A stretch of 62,854 nucleotides of DNA, filler included, from Folioceros fuciformis (Eukaryota), in assembly GCA_049999805.1 (NCBI GenBank). It is 3 parts of 2 records of this genome, joined end to end, with 100 filler letters (N's around TTAATTAATTAA, not from the genome) between each part and the next. Parts side by side here need not be neighbours in the genome. Positions count along the whole stretch, not along the records: positions 23,435 to 53,826 come from JBNGIO010006255.1; 2 more parts are not named here. One strand, 5' to 3'. Position numbers and translations under genes: made by a program. The notes beneath the pieces were generated by a model. That model did no database searches. It worked only from the letters and a program-made list of their open reading frames with translations, and was not told the DNA's origin. Shown here piece by piece: positions 28,701 through 45,800 of this stretch. How positions within the stretch are numbered: the stretch's first letter is position 1; every line of letters starts with the position of its first letter.

Positions 28701-31700
28701 AGAGGTCGTTCCTGGCCATGATATCAGTAGATACATCCCCAAAGTGAGGGTGTCTCTGGGTTCTATTTTAAGGTCTTGCAACGCTTCTTTTGGGAGTGCG
28801 CTGTTAACCACGTCGAAGACAGCCACAGGTAGTCATGGCAGATTCTCACTTTGTAGGAGTACTGGTATTGGTCGATGCATTGTGTCTCTAAACCTTATGT
28901 CACGTGGCAGAACCTATGGGCAAGGAGAAGGCTCAGGGCTGGCTTTTGTTTCAGTGGGCACTCAAGTGTGCTCCGCATCTTGTACCAGAGCAATGGAGAA
29001 ATGAAGAAATGGCTGATAAGATTCCCATGTATGCTGTTAGTGTAGAGCCTGGTGTTCGTGAAGAAGCTGTTCAAGTACTGTACAGGACAGTTCGAGATCT
29101 GCCACAACTGCGATTTGCTGTGATGCGAGGAATGGCAAACTTCATTCTGAGAATCCCGGATGATTACCCACTGCTTATTAACACTTCATTGGGCCGTTTG
29201 GTACAACTCCTGCAAGCTTGGCGAACCTGTTTACGAGAAGAGAAGCATGTTGAAACGCTGAAGCCTGAGGACTCCAACAGACGTAGCAAATTGTCTCGAT
29301 CATCCACTGCGTCTCGTCTTGAGGATAGCACGACATTTGATCCATCAGGCATGGATGCTGTCGGCCTTATTTTCCTGTGCTCAGTGGATGTTCAGATCCG
29401 ATACACAGCACTTGAACTTCTGCGGAGCGTTCGTGAACTGCAAAACGACATCACAAGGCTAACTGGCAAGGCTCAAGAGCATACACGGTCGCACATGGAG
29501 GTGGAACCACCCTTCGTCATAGATGTGATTGAGGAAACAGGGGTAACTTGCTTCTCCTTCGCCTTAAGAGTATTTCCATCCATTCTGAGAGTCTGTGACC
29601 ATCTTATCTGTGCAGAGGAATGCTGTGGAACACAGTCCAGGGTACATTTTTCACTTGTGATGCTTGGTTTCCTATTCTAGGACGATGTTGTACAACACTG
29701 TTACTGGGATTTTGGAAGGTGGTATGATTTGAGGAGGGAGTGGGACTCTGTACCCCCAGATGTTACCCTACAAGCAGTTCTCGAGGGCCCAGACAAAAGC
29801 AGATGGGCTCGATGCCTGAGCGGACTTGTAACTTATGTTGCTGACCTTTGTCCGGCTGCAATATATGGTGCAAGGTCTGTATGTCATGTCTATTTCTGTC
29901 GATTTCTGGGGCTTGTCGTATCCTTCTCTCATATATTTTTTAATCTCTGAGTATTATTGGTGTCCGCAGGCTGGAAGTTGTGAATCGACTGGCTTTTGTC
30001 ACTCCTAGTGACTTCGGTGGGAAGGCTGGAAAATTGCATGAAAGTGATAGCAAATTAGACCAGTGGCATATGTACTCCATGTTTGCGTGTTCCTGTCCGC
30101 CAGAGGATACTGGCGATGGGGGTGCTCATTCAGTAAAGGAGCTGCTGCGGCTGGTCTTTCCATTCCTTAGAGGTGGATCTGAGAATCAAGCTGTAAGTTA
30201 TATTCATCTGCTGTTTTGTTTCATATTTGGTTTGAAGCGTACAGTTTTGCTGAACTTGGGTGGAATGTGACAGTATGCCGCAACTCTTGCTCTGGGTCAT
30301 TCCCATCTTGGAATATGTGAGACAATGTTCACTGAGCTTACCTTATTCTTAGACGAGGTCACATTGGAAATGGAGAATCGGTCAAAGTGGAAGGTATGCC
30401 TCTCTTACATCCAGAACACTACCTTTTCCACTAGGCTCGGGGTCCATTTTGCACTTTGTATGGTTTACATGTCCCTTCTGCTTCTGCCTGAGATACTGAG
30501 ATATTACTCTTATAACAACAGAGCCAGAAAGTTCGCCGAAAAGATGTTCGTGTACATGTGGCTGATGTGTATCGGATGGTGGCCGAACATGTGTGGCCTG
30601 GTATTCTCAGTCGTAGGCCTGCGCTTCGCAGCCATTTTGTCAGATTCATTGAGGACACTCTTAGACAGGTTTCCTCATCGACACCTGAGTCTTTCCAAGA
30701 TGTGCAGCCTTTGCGATATGCTTTGGCTTGTGTGTTAAGGTCTTTGTCTGTTGAGATGGTTAGATCTGCGTCAGAAAGGTTTGATCCTCGCACAAGGAAG
30801 CGACTGTTTGATCTGCTAGCTTCATGGTGTGATGACACAACCAGTTCTTGGAGTCAAGATGGTGTTGCTGACTACAGGCGAGAGATAGAGCGATATAAAT
30901 CATCTCTGAGTTTGCGGACCAAGGACTCCCTTGAGAAGATAAGCTTAGAGAAAGATATCAATGAAAAGGTGGAAGCTATCCAGTGGGTATCGATGAATGC
31001 CATGGCAGCCCTCCTGTATGGCCCGTACTTTGATGACAGTGTAAGGAAAATGAGTGGCCGGCTTGTTTCCTGGATTAATGGGCTTTTCCTGGAACCTGCA
31101 CAAAGAATGCCCATCGGGTACTCGCCTGCTGATCCACGAATGGTGTCTCCTCATTCCAAACTTGGAGTGCCTGATGTGGTCCGGTTTAGTGCAAATCGAG
31201 ATAGACGGGGTAGTGCTTCCCGGGTTCACTTGGCGAAGACTGCTTTGATGAATCTTCTCCGAAGCAACCTAGACCTTCTCCCTGCCTGTATAGATCAGGT
31301 ACGTTTTGTGTATTGCTCCCGCTTGATGAAGACAGTTGTAGATGTGTGATGGGTTTTAACACATGATGGAACTTGCAGTGTTATTCATCAGATCCATCAA
31401 TCGCGGATGGATATTTTACGGTTTTAGCAGAGGTCTATATGCGTCATGAGGTTCCGAAGTGTGAGATACAACGTTTATTAAGCCTGATACTTTACAAGGT
31501 GGTTGACCAAACGAGGCAAATAAGGGATGATGCCCTGCAAATGCTTGAAACACTATCAATGAGATCATGGGCTGACGAGGGTGAAGGAGCTGGTAGATAT
31601 CATGCCACAGTTGTTGGGAGTCTCCCTGATTCTTACCAGCAGTTTCAGTACCAGTTGTCAGCTAAGCTGGCCAAAGAACACCCTGAATTGAGCGAATGGT

Positions 31701-34576
31701 TATGTGAAGAAATTATGGCAAGGCAACTGGACTCCGTTGATATCATTGCACAGCATCAAGTACTAACGTGCATGGCCCCTTGGATAGAAAACCTTAATTT
31801 TGTGTCTCTTTGGGAGTCTGGATGGAGTGAACGGCTCCTGAAGAGCCTATATTATGTGACCTGGAGGCATGGTGACCAGTTTCCTGATGAAATTGAGAAG
31901 CTTTGGAGCACCATTGCCAAAAAGTGGCGGAATATTATTCCAGTTCTTGATTTTCTCATCTCAAAGGGTATTGAGGACTGTGATTCTACTGCATCTGCCG
32001 AAATAAGTGGGGCTTTTGCCACTTACTTTTCTGTGGCCAAACGTGTTAGTCTGTATCTTGCCCGCAATTCTCCGCAGCAGACCATAGATCATCTTGTGTA
32101 TGAGCTGTCTCAGCGAATGCTTGAAGATCATCCAGAGCAGCTGAAGCGGCAAGGTAATGGAGGCGTGGAACCAGATGCAGGGGTGCAGCCTCTTCAATTT
32201 TCGCAGGGTCCTGCTCCATCTCAGACACAGGAACTGCAGATGCACATGTCACCTTTGCTGGTGAGAAGCTCACTGGAAGGTCCACTTCGAAATGTAAGTG
32301 GTAACTTAAGTTGGAGGACTGGCACAGGCCGCAGCATGTCTGGACCTTTGAATAACATGGTTGAGCTCCATCAAGGGCAGCTACATCAAGGTCGGTCTGG
32401 CCAGCTTTTCACTGAGCTCCATCAAGGTCGTTCTGGCCAACTTTTTACTGGTTCTGGTCCTTTGATGAATATATCTGGTGTATCTGGGCCATCACATGGT
32501 GGGAGAAGTGCAACAGGAAGCATGAAAAGTCGGCACCTATCCCGTGACAGTGGTGATTATTTTGGGGAAGCACTGGGGGTAGGCGAGGACATGCGCTCAA
32601 ATACGCCTGCACTGAACACAGGGGAGCAGCAAACTGCTTTGCAATCTCATCACCATTGGCTGTCTCGAGCTGATATTGCTCTGATTCTCCTTGCAGAGAT
32701 AGCTTATGAGAACGACGAGGACTTTCGGGGCCACCTTCCATTATTGTTTCATGTTACTTTTGTGTCCATGGATAGTGCTGAGGATGTGGTTCTCGAGCAC
32801 TGTCAACAACTGCTGGTGAATCTGCTTTATTCGCTGGCAGGGCGACATCTGGAGCTGTATGATGTTGGGGAACATGGTGATGGTGGTGAGTACAAGGAGC
32901 AGGTTGTCAGTCTGATCAAGTACGTGCAATCCAAGAAGAGCAGCATGATGTGGGAGAACGAGGATATTACACTCACGCGCACAAGCCTTCAAAGCTCAGC
33001 TTTGCTATCTGCCTTGGTTTTGAGTGTGGTTGATGCAATATTCTTCCAGGGAGACTTACGAGAGCGATGGGGAGAGGAAGCCCTAAAGTGGGCAATGGAG
33101 TGTACTTCCCGTCATCTGGCTTGCCGTTCCCATCAGATCTATCGCGCCTTGCGCCCAAGTGTTACAAGTGATACCTGTGTGTCACTGCTGCGGTGCTTGC
33201 ACAGATGTCTTTGCAACCCCACTCCACCTGTTCTTGGGTTTGTGATGGAAATACTGCTGACATTGCAGGTAATGGTAGGGATTATGGAGCCGGAGAAAGT
33301 GATCCTATATCCGCAGCTGTTTTGGGGATGTGTGGCAATGTTGCACACAGACTTTGTGCACGTTTACACGCAAGTGCTAGAGCTTCTTGCCCGAGTGCTC
33401 GACAGGCTTCCGTTTCATGACCAAACTGCAGAAAACGTATTACTGTCCAACATGCCCCGGGATGAATTTGACAGTACGCCTCCCAGTCGAGAGTTCGAGA
33501 ACTTGAGTTTCAAGGGAACGGATATAGGCCGACAGTTTGGTGAAGCTGGTCTGGAAGCAGAGAAGGCACCAGTGTTTGAGGGAGTGCAGCCTCTTGTACT
33601 CAAGGGTCTCCTTTCCAGTGTGAGCCATGCATCTGTAATCGATGTGCTATCACGCATCACTTTGCACTCCTGTGACCGTATCTTCGGGGACTCTGATACG
33701 CGATTGCTGATGCACATCGTGGGATTACTCCCCTGGCTTTGCTTACAACTTCTGAAAAAACAAACATCTCGTATTCCAGGTCTGGATCCCCCCCTGGAAC
33801 AGCAGTATCAAAAAGCACTGTCAGTTGCAACCAACATCTCACAGTGCTGTGCCGCCAAGCACCTGGATAGCCTTGCTGCTGTGTTTGAGTCGTATGCTGC
33901 TGGTCATGCGACCACAATGGAGGGGCTTCTGGACTCCGTTGCACCCCTGTTGTGTGCAGAATGGTTTCCAGGACACTCTGCATTAGCTTTTGGTCATCTG
34001 CTGAGGCTCCTAGAGAAGGGTCCTGTAGAATATCAACGCATTATTTTGTTGATGCTGAGAGTCCTCCTCCAACACACACCCGTGGATGCTGGACAGAGTC
34101 CGCAGGTATATGCAGCAGTATCCCAGCTTGTGGAGAGTCCTCTGTGCTGGGAAGCGCTGAATGTGTTGGAGGCCGTGCTGCAGAGTGCAAGTTCGCTGGG
34201 TAGTTTCCAAGCTGACTCTTCGGAGGGATCTCACAATGAGAATGGCAGTGGCAGCTCTCAGTCTCTTGCGAAACCTGCAGAGGATGACAGGCCTGCAGTC
34301 ACGCTGGTGTCCCAGAGCTCTTTCAAGGCAAGAAGTGGGCAACTTCAGCCCTGGGTGGTTACAGGGGTGCCTGCTCCTCCTGCAGGGGCCTCTCGTTCCT
34401 CAGCAGACGTACTACCATCCAGGGAAACAGCATTGCAAAACACAAAGCTGGCTCTTGGACGGGTCCTGGACACTTATGGGGCGGGAAAGAAGAGAGACTA
34501 CAAGCGTCTGGTACCGTTTGTAGCAAACAGCGTCCGGCCGGTTATGGCAACTGGCCCAAATCTGGATACAAAATGA
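25799..34576 (+). CDS. FURRY/MOR2/TAO3-like ARM-repeat cell morphogenesis scaffold protein (multi-exon, large final exon)
   Basis: Conserved plant N-terminus [120 protein letters not shown]; ends [10 protein letters not shown]...DTK*. Alternative in-frame ATG at 25769. Confidence 0.92.
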
Positions 34577-36259
34577 AAGCATAGAGAGGGGTGTTCTCCT
34601 TATACTAAAACGCCTTAAATTACTCCAGGTACCTTGAGCTGAATGGAGCTGGTGCTATTAGAGAGCGTGATGAAGCTATGGTACTCTACACTGGTCACAA
34701 CCTTAACTATTTTGGATGATCCTTCAGTAGCCTGCGTGTCTCCGGTAGCTGATCCTTGTCAACCGTTCGCAGCACCGTGATTGTCTGGATTCTTGGAGTA
34801 TCCAAGCAAATGTGGCCACTTTTGCAGTGGTAGTTTAGTCATCGTAGTATGACTGGTAGGGGAGTTAGTGCTGCACAGGCTCTGATCGACTATCCTGCAG
34901 GGCGAGTTGCTATTCTTATACAGACCCTCTTTGGCAGTAACGCAGAGCAATGCGGACTTGTGTCCAAACACCGAAGAAGAAGGGAGGATGGTGGAGACTA
35001 TCACCGGGATAGGTGAATTGCTGGAGGCTGTAAGCAGTTGATGAGGTCGTGATGAGTTGCCCTAGGTGATGAGTTCGGATGCGGTGAATGCAGCAGGCAT
35101 GTCCGGTCTTCGCAATTGCCATCAGACAGGAAGTGCTGCAGGCTGAGAATAGGGTTCCTGTTCTGCAGCGGAGGCACTGCTGGAGAAGACTGATTTTGGC
35201 CAGCAAAGCAGGCGGATGAACATATACGTATGCATGGTGAGCGAGTGCAGTTACTGTACTATGACGAGTGAGTAGCACACACAGCAAGGGCTGTCACAGA
35301 AGTGCATTGTAGGTGAAGGTCGGAGGCTTGGCTGGTGGAGTGTAGTGAGAGTGAGAGCATCCTTGAGCACGCGGAGAACGGAAGGGAGTCTTGTTGCCTG
35401 AACAGGAGCTGGAGGAGACACTCACGGACGTGTCACCTCATTGCTGATTCAAAACAAGCAACGACCAGTGCTGTCGGTGTGGAAGGTGGAGAAACAGATC
35501 CGAACTAGATGGAAATTCAAAGGTGCAAGCAAGCCAGCCGCGGCGGAGGAGATCCGTTTTGTCCAGTCTGCCTGCCGACAATAAGCTGAGTGGAGTGTCT
35601 TATGTCATGGTGTATCAAATCATTACGTGAAAGCTTATTCCATGGGGACTCTTGAAGCTTTTGCTGACTGACGAGTGACCGAAGTAGTTGTCTGTGTCCC
35701 GTACGGCGTGATGATCGGCCATCCATGGCACAGCGTGATGCCTACAACCCGGCGTCCTGTCCGCCATGGTGGCGGATGAGGCAGATCACCGCACGGCTTG
35801 CGGAGGCTTGCGTGCGAGTGTTGGCTGTTGAGCCACGGTAAAGCTTCCTCGTAACAGCGCGAATCCAGGTCAATTCAATTCACACACGCTTCTGGGCGAT
35901 CGCAGTCACACATTATCAGCCGTCCGGGGCAAATAGTTGCACCACGCTGTCTCATCCCATGACGCCGTGGCCATCCAGCCACGATGTCGGGGCTCGCTGT
36001 CAATCAATCAAGCAAGTAGTCGCTTAACGAGCTAAGCGACGTTAGGAGACAGATGAGAATGCAACTGAGGCGTTCGCAGCGGCAACGATGTGACTGGCCC
36101 GGCCGCCTTGGATGTCTTCTGGGACACACATGCTTGTGATCAAAGGGGATCGCTCATCATGTTCCGTCAGCATGACTCCTTGAATCAAATGGCAAAAGAA
36201 TTGTGTTGCGCGATGCAACTCCTGCGTTGGGACATGTGGAGTTCCTCAGCATTGTGTGA

Positions 36260-38682
<2,423 letters not shown>

Positions 38683-39878
38683 CATGTCGATGCCCTGTTT
38701 ATGGAAGCCTAGCATTGCTCTAAGCATGCATAGATTGATGATTAGAGGTCATATATATATATTTTTATGAATATCTAAAAATATTATATGAAATATACTT
38801 ATTTATATAATTATGTTTATTTACCATGTCATCGTCAAGAGATCCCACTAGGGAATTATCTGCTAGCATGTCATCATCAACCTTGGAAGCTGGGAGGGGT
38901 TGTAGGACAACCAAGGTCTTCGATTTCTTGCTCCTAGGATGGATGGATGCTTGGTGTGTGTTGTGTGATTGCTTCATGTTTCTTGCGATGCAAAGTGTTG
39001 CTGGGAAGAGAAGATGAGAGGACTCCCGAACTGCACGTAGCTTGGACCGTGGGAAACACAATGTTCCGTGCAAGTGGGCAGTGATGAGCGGGCGTCTTCT
39101 CCACGTACAGGGCTAGTTGTGGTGGTTTCTTTGGAACATGTCTACTGCATGTCCGTCCGCCTTGGATAGAAAATTGCGTAGCAGCGGCCATGGCGGATGG
39201 GTGGGGTGGGGTGAGGGGAGGGGAGATGCTGGCACTGAAACAGCCCAAGGTGCAGTACAGTATCCGGATCCCCGGGTTCTGAATCGCTCATGGTCAGGTG
39301 AGACATGGGCAACTGGACTTGAGAAATGGGGTGGTGGGTTCCACTGTTGCCCAAGTGCAGAAGCACAAGCACAAGCACACGGAGAAGCAGCCCTGATTTG
39401 CAGTGGATGCGGACTCATGGCCGCAACTGGGTGGTGTGTTGGTGCTCAAATATGGGAGCGGAGGCCAAACCCTGGCAGGAAAACGTTTCCGCGCCGGCAG
39501 CCTCAGTCTGTGCCGGCAGCCCGTTCCTGTGCCTGTGCTGTGCCTTCCTCTCTCTCTTGCACTGCCAGTGGACGGGGCCTTGGAATGTTCTCCTCGCCCA
39601 TGTTTCACGAGGCGTCACTGCGCTGCGTTGTGCCACCGTCTGCCTTCCGCCTTGCTGCTGCTCCTGCTCCTGGTGTGGCCGATGCGTGATTGCTGGGAGA
39701 TCCCACGCCTTAGCCTTCGCCTTCGCAAAACACCACTGTACAGACGCCTCGGATTCACTACTGCCTTCTGCCTGTACGTGGAGTCCTGGTTTCTTTCTTG
39801 CTTTCTTTCTGTCGTCCTGGCTGTGTTGTTGGTTGCGTGAATTGCACGCTGGAGTGGGGTGTTGAGGAGGCACAGCTC

Positions 39879-39884
<6 letters not shown>

Positions 39885-39908
<24 letters not shown>
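39885..39908. repeat. (GT)12 microsatellite
   Basis: Run of gt dinucleotides about 100 bp upstream of the HAD gene ATG. Confidence 0.9.
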
Positions 39909-39915
<7 letters not shown>

Positions 39916-40002
39916 GGCTGCGGGGTGCAGATCGGAAGAGGGTCGATGCAAGTCGTATGCGCGGAAGCAGCTGGACGGGCCTGAGAGAAAAGCGTTGAGG
40001 AG

Positions 40003-41042
40003 ATGGCGCAGTCGCTGGCCCGGTTGCGGTGCATCACGGTGGACGTGACCGGCACGCTGATTGCATACAAGGGGCAGCTGGGGGACTACTACTGCCTGGC
40101 CGCCAAGGGGGCCGGCCTTCCCTGCCCCGACTACACCCGCGTGCACGAGGGCTTCAAGCTCGCGTACAAGGAAATGAGCACCAAGTTCCCCTGCTTCGGC
40201 CGCCTGGTAGACATGCCCAACGTCGACTGGTGGCGGGATTGCGTCCGGGACTCCTTCATCAAGGTAGCACCATGGCCTGATGCTGCACTTTCTGCCAAGG
40301 AGAAGGAGGGAAGGAAGGAAGAAAGGAAGGAAGCTGACGGGCAACATGGCCTGTGGAGCAGGCAGGGTACGACTATGACGAGGAGACCTTCACCACCATC
40401 TTCAAGCGGATATACGCAGCGTTCGGCTCTGCGGCTCCCTACTCCATCTACGATGATGCCCGGCCCTTCCTGCGCTGGGCCAGGGGCCAGGGCCTGGTGA
40501 TCGGGATCGTCAGCAATGCGGAGTACCGGTACAGGGACGTGATACTGCCGGCTCTGGGGCTGAACAAGGTACTCTCCTACCTGGCCACCCACCCGCGTGG
40601 ATGGACTTCATGGACAGGCCCAGTCCATAATTGTAGTGTAGTCTCGTTCTGAGCCCGATTGTTTGTGGTTGCCTTCCAGGGCTCGGAATGGGACTTCGGG
40701 GTGTTCTCCGGCATCGAGGGGGTGGAAAAGCCCGACCCTCGAATCTACCAGATTGCCCTTGAGAAAGCCGGAGTTGCTGCAGACCAGGCCCTGCATATAG
40801 GAGACAGCTACCACAAGGACTACCTTCCTTCGGTGTCCATCGGTATGCACGGCCTCCTCTTAGACCGCTTCAAGTCTGGCCACGCCGAGGAGTGGAAGAA
40901 GGCTGGCATCCCTGTCTTCCGCGACCTGGAGAGTGTGCAGGCCTACATCCTCTCACGCCAAGCACAGGCTCCCTCTTCTCCTAACCGTACTATCCCTGTG
41001 GGCGACACATCCAGCCCACCGGCTGCTGTAGCATTTCAGTAG
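40003..41042 (+). CDS. HAD-superfamily hydrolase, HDHD3-like (3 exons)
   Basis: LRCITVDVTGTLIAYKGQLGDYYC (motif I), GIVSNAEYRY (motif II), GVEKPDPRIY (motif III), ALHIGDSYHKDY (motif IV); GT-AG introns near 40264-40361 and 40569-40679. Confidence 0.92.
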
Positions 41043-42816
41043 CAAAACAGACTAAGAACCAACCAGCAATCACTCCTCGCATCCACGAGGGGGAACACAA
41101 CGAAGACCAACAATCTCGTCGGCGTTTGTGTGAAGAACCCGACACAAGCCAGGAACCATGTAGCTAGCTAGCACTCCAAACTCTCACCCTCTTAGCACAG
41201 ACTTGGAACAGAACTTAGACTGGCCTCGGTAGGGAGTGGGAACTGCTTCTTCAGCAGCACCAGCCAGGAATGATGTGAAACTTACTTCACCAGCACACCA
41301 TATCCGGAGGAGGTCCTGATGTGTGGGCTTAAGCTTGGGTTGTGGACGAGATGCAACACTTGTGAGAGTTTTGTGTATGCAGCTCTCTTTCAAGAGTGCC
41401 AACTGCCATCTTCATCCTGGTTATGTCAGATCGACACCGGGGATGTGAACACCTAGGTTCCCAAAGTAGTCTTCATACAAACATGGTCTCATGAGAGAAC
41501 GCNNNNNNNNNNNNNNNNNNNNNNNNNNNNNNNNNNNNNNNNNNNNNNNNNNNNNNNNNNNNNNNNNNNNNNNNNNNNNNNNNNNNNNNNNNNNNNNNNN
41601 NNCAATAAAAAATATGTGTATAGTTGGAATCATCTTTCACGTGGGGATTTTTAGGCATAATTTAAGAAAATGTTACGTAAGAAATTGCAGCCCGTTCGAG
41701 GTGAAGGCCGCTGCTTGTGGTATGGACTCCTGGCAACCAAACATAGGTGTCGCGAATTGAGAGACGGAGAGCTGGCTAGACTGGACTAGTCATATCTTTA
41801 ACTCAGCGGTTTCTTAACTTCTCATTTGTCAAGCTGCTGCGGTGAGTCGAGCCAAGCCCAGCCCAGCCTCATCTGAGCTTTATCTTTTGTTTTTGCGCAA
41901 CGCTGCTTGGGTTCCTTCCCTTCCGTCCTCTTCCACCTGCTGTCTCGTCTTGTCTTTTTTTCTCTTTCTCTGGGCTCTGTCGCTCTCCGTCTCCGTCTCC
42001 ACCATAGCCTCTCCTCCTCCCGCATCCAATCTCAGCGGAAGCTCCTCCTTCCGCCCCCCGCGCATCCCAGTCAAGCGTCGGGCTGCGCTGCGCTTCTTGA
42101 CGGCCGGCCGCCCTGCTCATGTGCGCCCGCGCTCCCTCACAGAGCTTCCCACCGTAGCAGGGTCCTCGTGTGTCAGGCCTCGGGCGTGCGAGCCTTGTTG
42201 CGTGCGGTACGGCTGCTGCGGAAAGGTGCCTTCGGCGGTGGATGGTGAGTGGCTTTGTACCGCGCTAGATGCGTGCTGCCTCTGCTGGCACCTCGCGGAA
42301 TCTATCTAGATGCCCGGCCTTGTTGCCGGGCTGCAGCTGCGGGAATTAGGTGTAATTGCCGCCAATTGCAGCCGTGGAGGCCTATTGTTTCTTGAACTGA
42401 TCCCTGTTCCTGCTTGGACTCGGATTTGATTGTCTGGGAGCACCGTCTTGAGTGCCGACCCGACTGGCTGTTGTTGAGGAACCTGAGTTTCATACGCGGT
42501 GGATACGTTGGCTACCAATTCGGTACCGGCCTCTCTATGTCTTGCCTGCGGAACACGCTGGCCTGGATCCTGGATGTGTGTCAAAGAGTGTGGTAGGGGA
42601 AAGAGGTGGCTTGGTCTTGGAGATGGCGATGCTAAAGAGGACTCCTCGTGCATTGTCTGGCTTGCGCTTGGCTGCGAGCTCTATGCAGAGTGTGTTTGTG
42701 TGCAGGAGTCTTCGAGTGTGCACGTTAGGTTACTTTCTCAGCTGTTGACCTGCAATGATGCAGGTTGGTGCACCTATGTAAAGAATTGTTCCCCCTGAGG
42801 CCAGGCCCGTTTGGCA

Positions 42817-45800
42817 ATGCTGGAGCAGAGCGAGGATGAGATTGATATTAGGCTTCGGCCACCGTCTATCGACAAGTCTCCTGCTTCCTTTGAGAAAGAT
42901 GCTGTGAATCGAGTTGTCTACAAACTCGTTAGGGTATACCATCTCTTCCATGCTTCGCTAGCGCAGTGGATCCATGTCAAAAGCTTGTGATTTGGAACGT
43001 TGAAAGTTTGCAAGATGGTTACGCCTACTCCGGTGCCAGGTTTGTGGTGCACGTCTCATGTGCACTCGTGGTGTGGCCCGTGCACTGCTTACCGCATGGG
43101 TTCTCCCGGTTGTTGTTTGTCTTTTGACTGCTAGTTCGGATAGTGAGATGGGCATAGCTTCTAATTTCTGTTCGTTCAGGTTGGGGATGACGGCTCTGTA
43201 TTGCCGGCTACGGAAGATGAAGTCATGCAAGTTCAGTCCTTGGTAGGTGGGGAGTCGATTCTGGAACCATCGGATGCTGATGCCAGTGATGCCAATGAAT
43301 ATGAAGCTGAGGATGAGGGCAGTGAGGACGAGCAAGACTCCAATGCAGATGAGAACGATGAGAAGGAGAATGCTTGTGAGTGTCGTTCTCAGTTGTGGAG
43401 TACTTTTTTTGAACTGTGCATCCACATGTTGTGCGACGGAGCTCCCCGTTGCTCTAATCAGAGGGACTGACTTTGCGAATGTTGGATGCTCCTTACAGCT
43501 TTTTCAGAGCCTGAGGATGTGGAAGTTAAAAGAAAGAAATTGCTGACCCACTTGAAGGTACTCTTTGACGAACAAGCAGTTTGTAATTCGTGTGGACAGT
43601 CCCCTTGGCAAGCACTGCTACATTAATTGCATTTTACTGAAAGATGGTCGCCTGTTTCCTCCAGGTTCTGGACACGGTCTTGTCGGAACTGAAGGCTGAA
43701 GAAGAACAGCGGATAGGATTGGAGGGCTTGGGTGATGGTGTTGGGCAGGAAAGTCCTTTCCTCTTAGCCAACTATGGCAGTGGAGAATACAAACGGCAAC
43801 GGAGACCTAATCCAAAGTACACTGATTCTGGGGATGAGCTTTCCATTCCTGCAAATGCACGTGTTGCAGGCGGAGAGATAGTGGTTGCCCCTGTTCTCCC
43901 TGAAAAGCAGTCTCCTCAGCCTCCTTCTGTGAATCCTGGCAGCTATGGCAGCACACCAGGTATGTCATTGCGATCTTTTCGGTCATCAAGCCATAGGACA
44001 AGGATGACCAGGATATTGCCACCATATTCTAAGCTTGATGGCTCTAGCGCTGCTGCTGCTGCTGCCATAAAGAGCAGTCTGGATAATCTGTCTATCAGAG
44101 AGTTACATGCAACCTTTCGCAAGACTTTCAACAGGGAAACTTCTGTGAAGGATAAGCTCTGGCTGAAAAGGCAGATTGCCATGGGATTGCACAATCACAC
44201 GGAAGCAACTGAGAGTGGCGCAAATTCGATTGACAATTCACAGGATGCCAACATGAAGGTCAGGTTGGAGAAGTTCTCGTCAGCGGAAGTCCCCCTTCCT
44301 ACTGCTGCACCTCCGAATGGAAGAGCAGGAGCATCTGATTTTGCTGATGGGGCTCATGCCCTTGGTTTTGGATCTCTTGATGGAGATGAGCCTGAAAACA
44401 AGCGGCCAATCCGTAAAACCGTCCCCCTTTCAGTAGTATCTCCAACTGGACCGCTGGATGCATCGACAACAGCAGGACTGGGTTCATCCGTGGACGCAAA
44501 CTCTGTGTTTAGTCAGGTCGATAACAACTCTGGTCTCTCAGGGCAGTCAGGAGGGAAGAGACAGCGGAAACCGAACAGGCGCTACATAGAGGATGAGACG
44601 GAAGATTTGGCAGCTTACTTGAATGGCAGCAGGCCAGCTTCTGGATTCAGTGAGCTAGTTCCTGGACAGGGAATGACCAAGCCCTCGATTAGACCATGGA
44701 ATATTTCAGACGGGCCGGCTGATAGCACACGACAGAGCTCACTCAGAAGTTCGTCGCTTGCTCGAGGGAGTCCCTTGGTTCCTCAAGTGTCTAACGCCAA
44801 GCATAATAACCATGCCGTTGTACGTGTCCTTGTTCCTGTATGTCAATTAGATATTGAGTAAGTGCTTTGTTGCAGCATTTCTATTTAGTGTGGCAAATAT
44901 GTGTCAAGTTACCTTGGAATCTTGCAACTTATGAAGTTACTGATGCATTAGAAACGAAAGGTCGAGGATAGGGCTGCAAAACTTGTCAAGATTGCACACT
45001 CTGTCCGAGCATCGCGACAGGAGGCTGACAACACTGTGCGCAAGGTGAAATTTCGGGTTCCACCGGCTTCTGGACAAGATGAGGTAATTCTGCGTATTTT
45101 TGTCAGCAGATGCGACTCTCATTGTACTACGTTGTTACTAATGTATCACATTTACCAGAAGTGGTTGGAGTAGAGATATATTCCACTTGTCGATGTTCTA
45201 CTTTAGTGCCCTGTTTTACGTTTCCTGGCGGCCCCTATTGAACATCCTTATTTCTTGAAACATGACATGTTTCAGGACGATCTGTCGGAATTTAATGGCC
45301 TGGCAGAGGACCAAGTGACCTGCTTGTTGCCGACCGCCTCAGACAACAGGCCTGATGATATGCAGGATCTTCTCATGTCTGACAATCGGCATGAGGAGAC
45401 GAATGAGCCAGTTGCAACTGTTCCAACTGCAAATGGAGGGACAAGAAGAAAGCATCATCGGCCCTGGACTCCACGTGAAGTCATGACTCTTGTTGAAGGT
45501 GTTGCTCGGTGTGGTGGTGGGAAGTGGGCAGACATAAAGAAGCTAGCCTTTGCAACTGCAGGCCATCGAACTGCAGTGGATTTGAAGGTATGTCTGTCAA
45601 CACGTTTTGTTGGGGAGGTTGGGCTGTTGTAGGTGTCATAGCCAGTACAGTAAGTGAACAAGAGGAAGATGTCTTGTGCGCGGGATTCAACATGTACATG
45701 CCGTTGTCCTTGTCTGCGCTGCGAAGAGCCTCACTGTTCTGATGATGTTACTTGCATGGTTCCTGTCAGGATAAGTGGCGGAATCTTTTAAGAGCAAGCC

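Noticed and set aside
39415-40347. 310-aa minus-strand ORF
   Set aside because: Partly antisense to the HAD gene, runs through a GT microsatellite, and has no recognisable motif; typical shadow ORF in GC-rich DNA.
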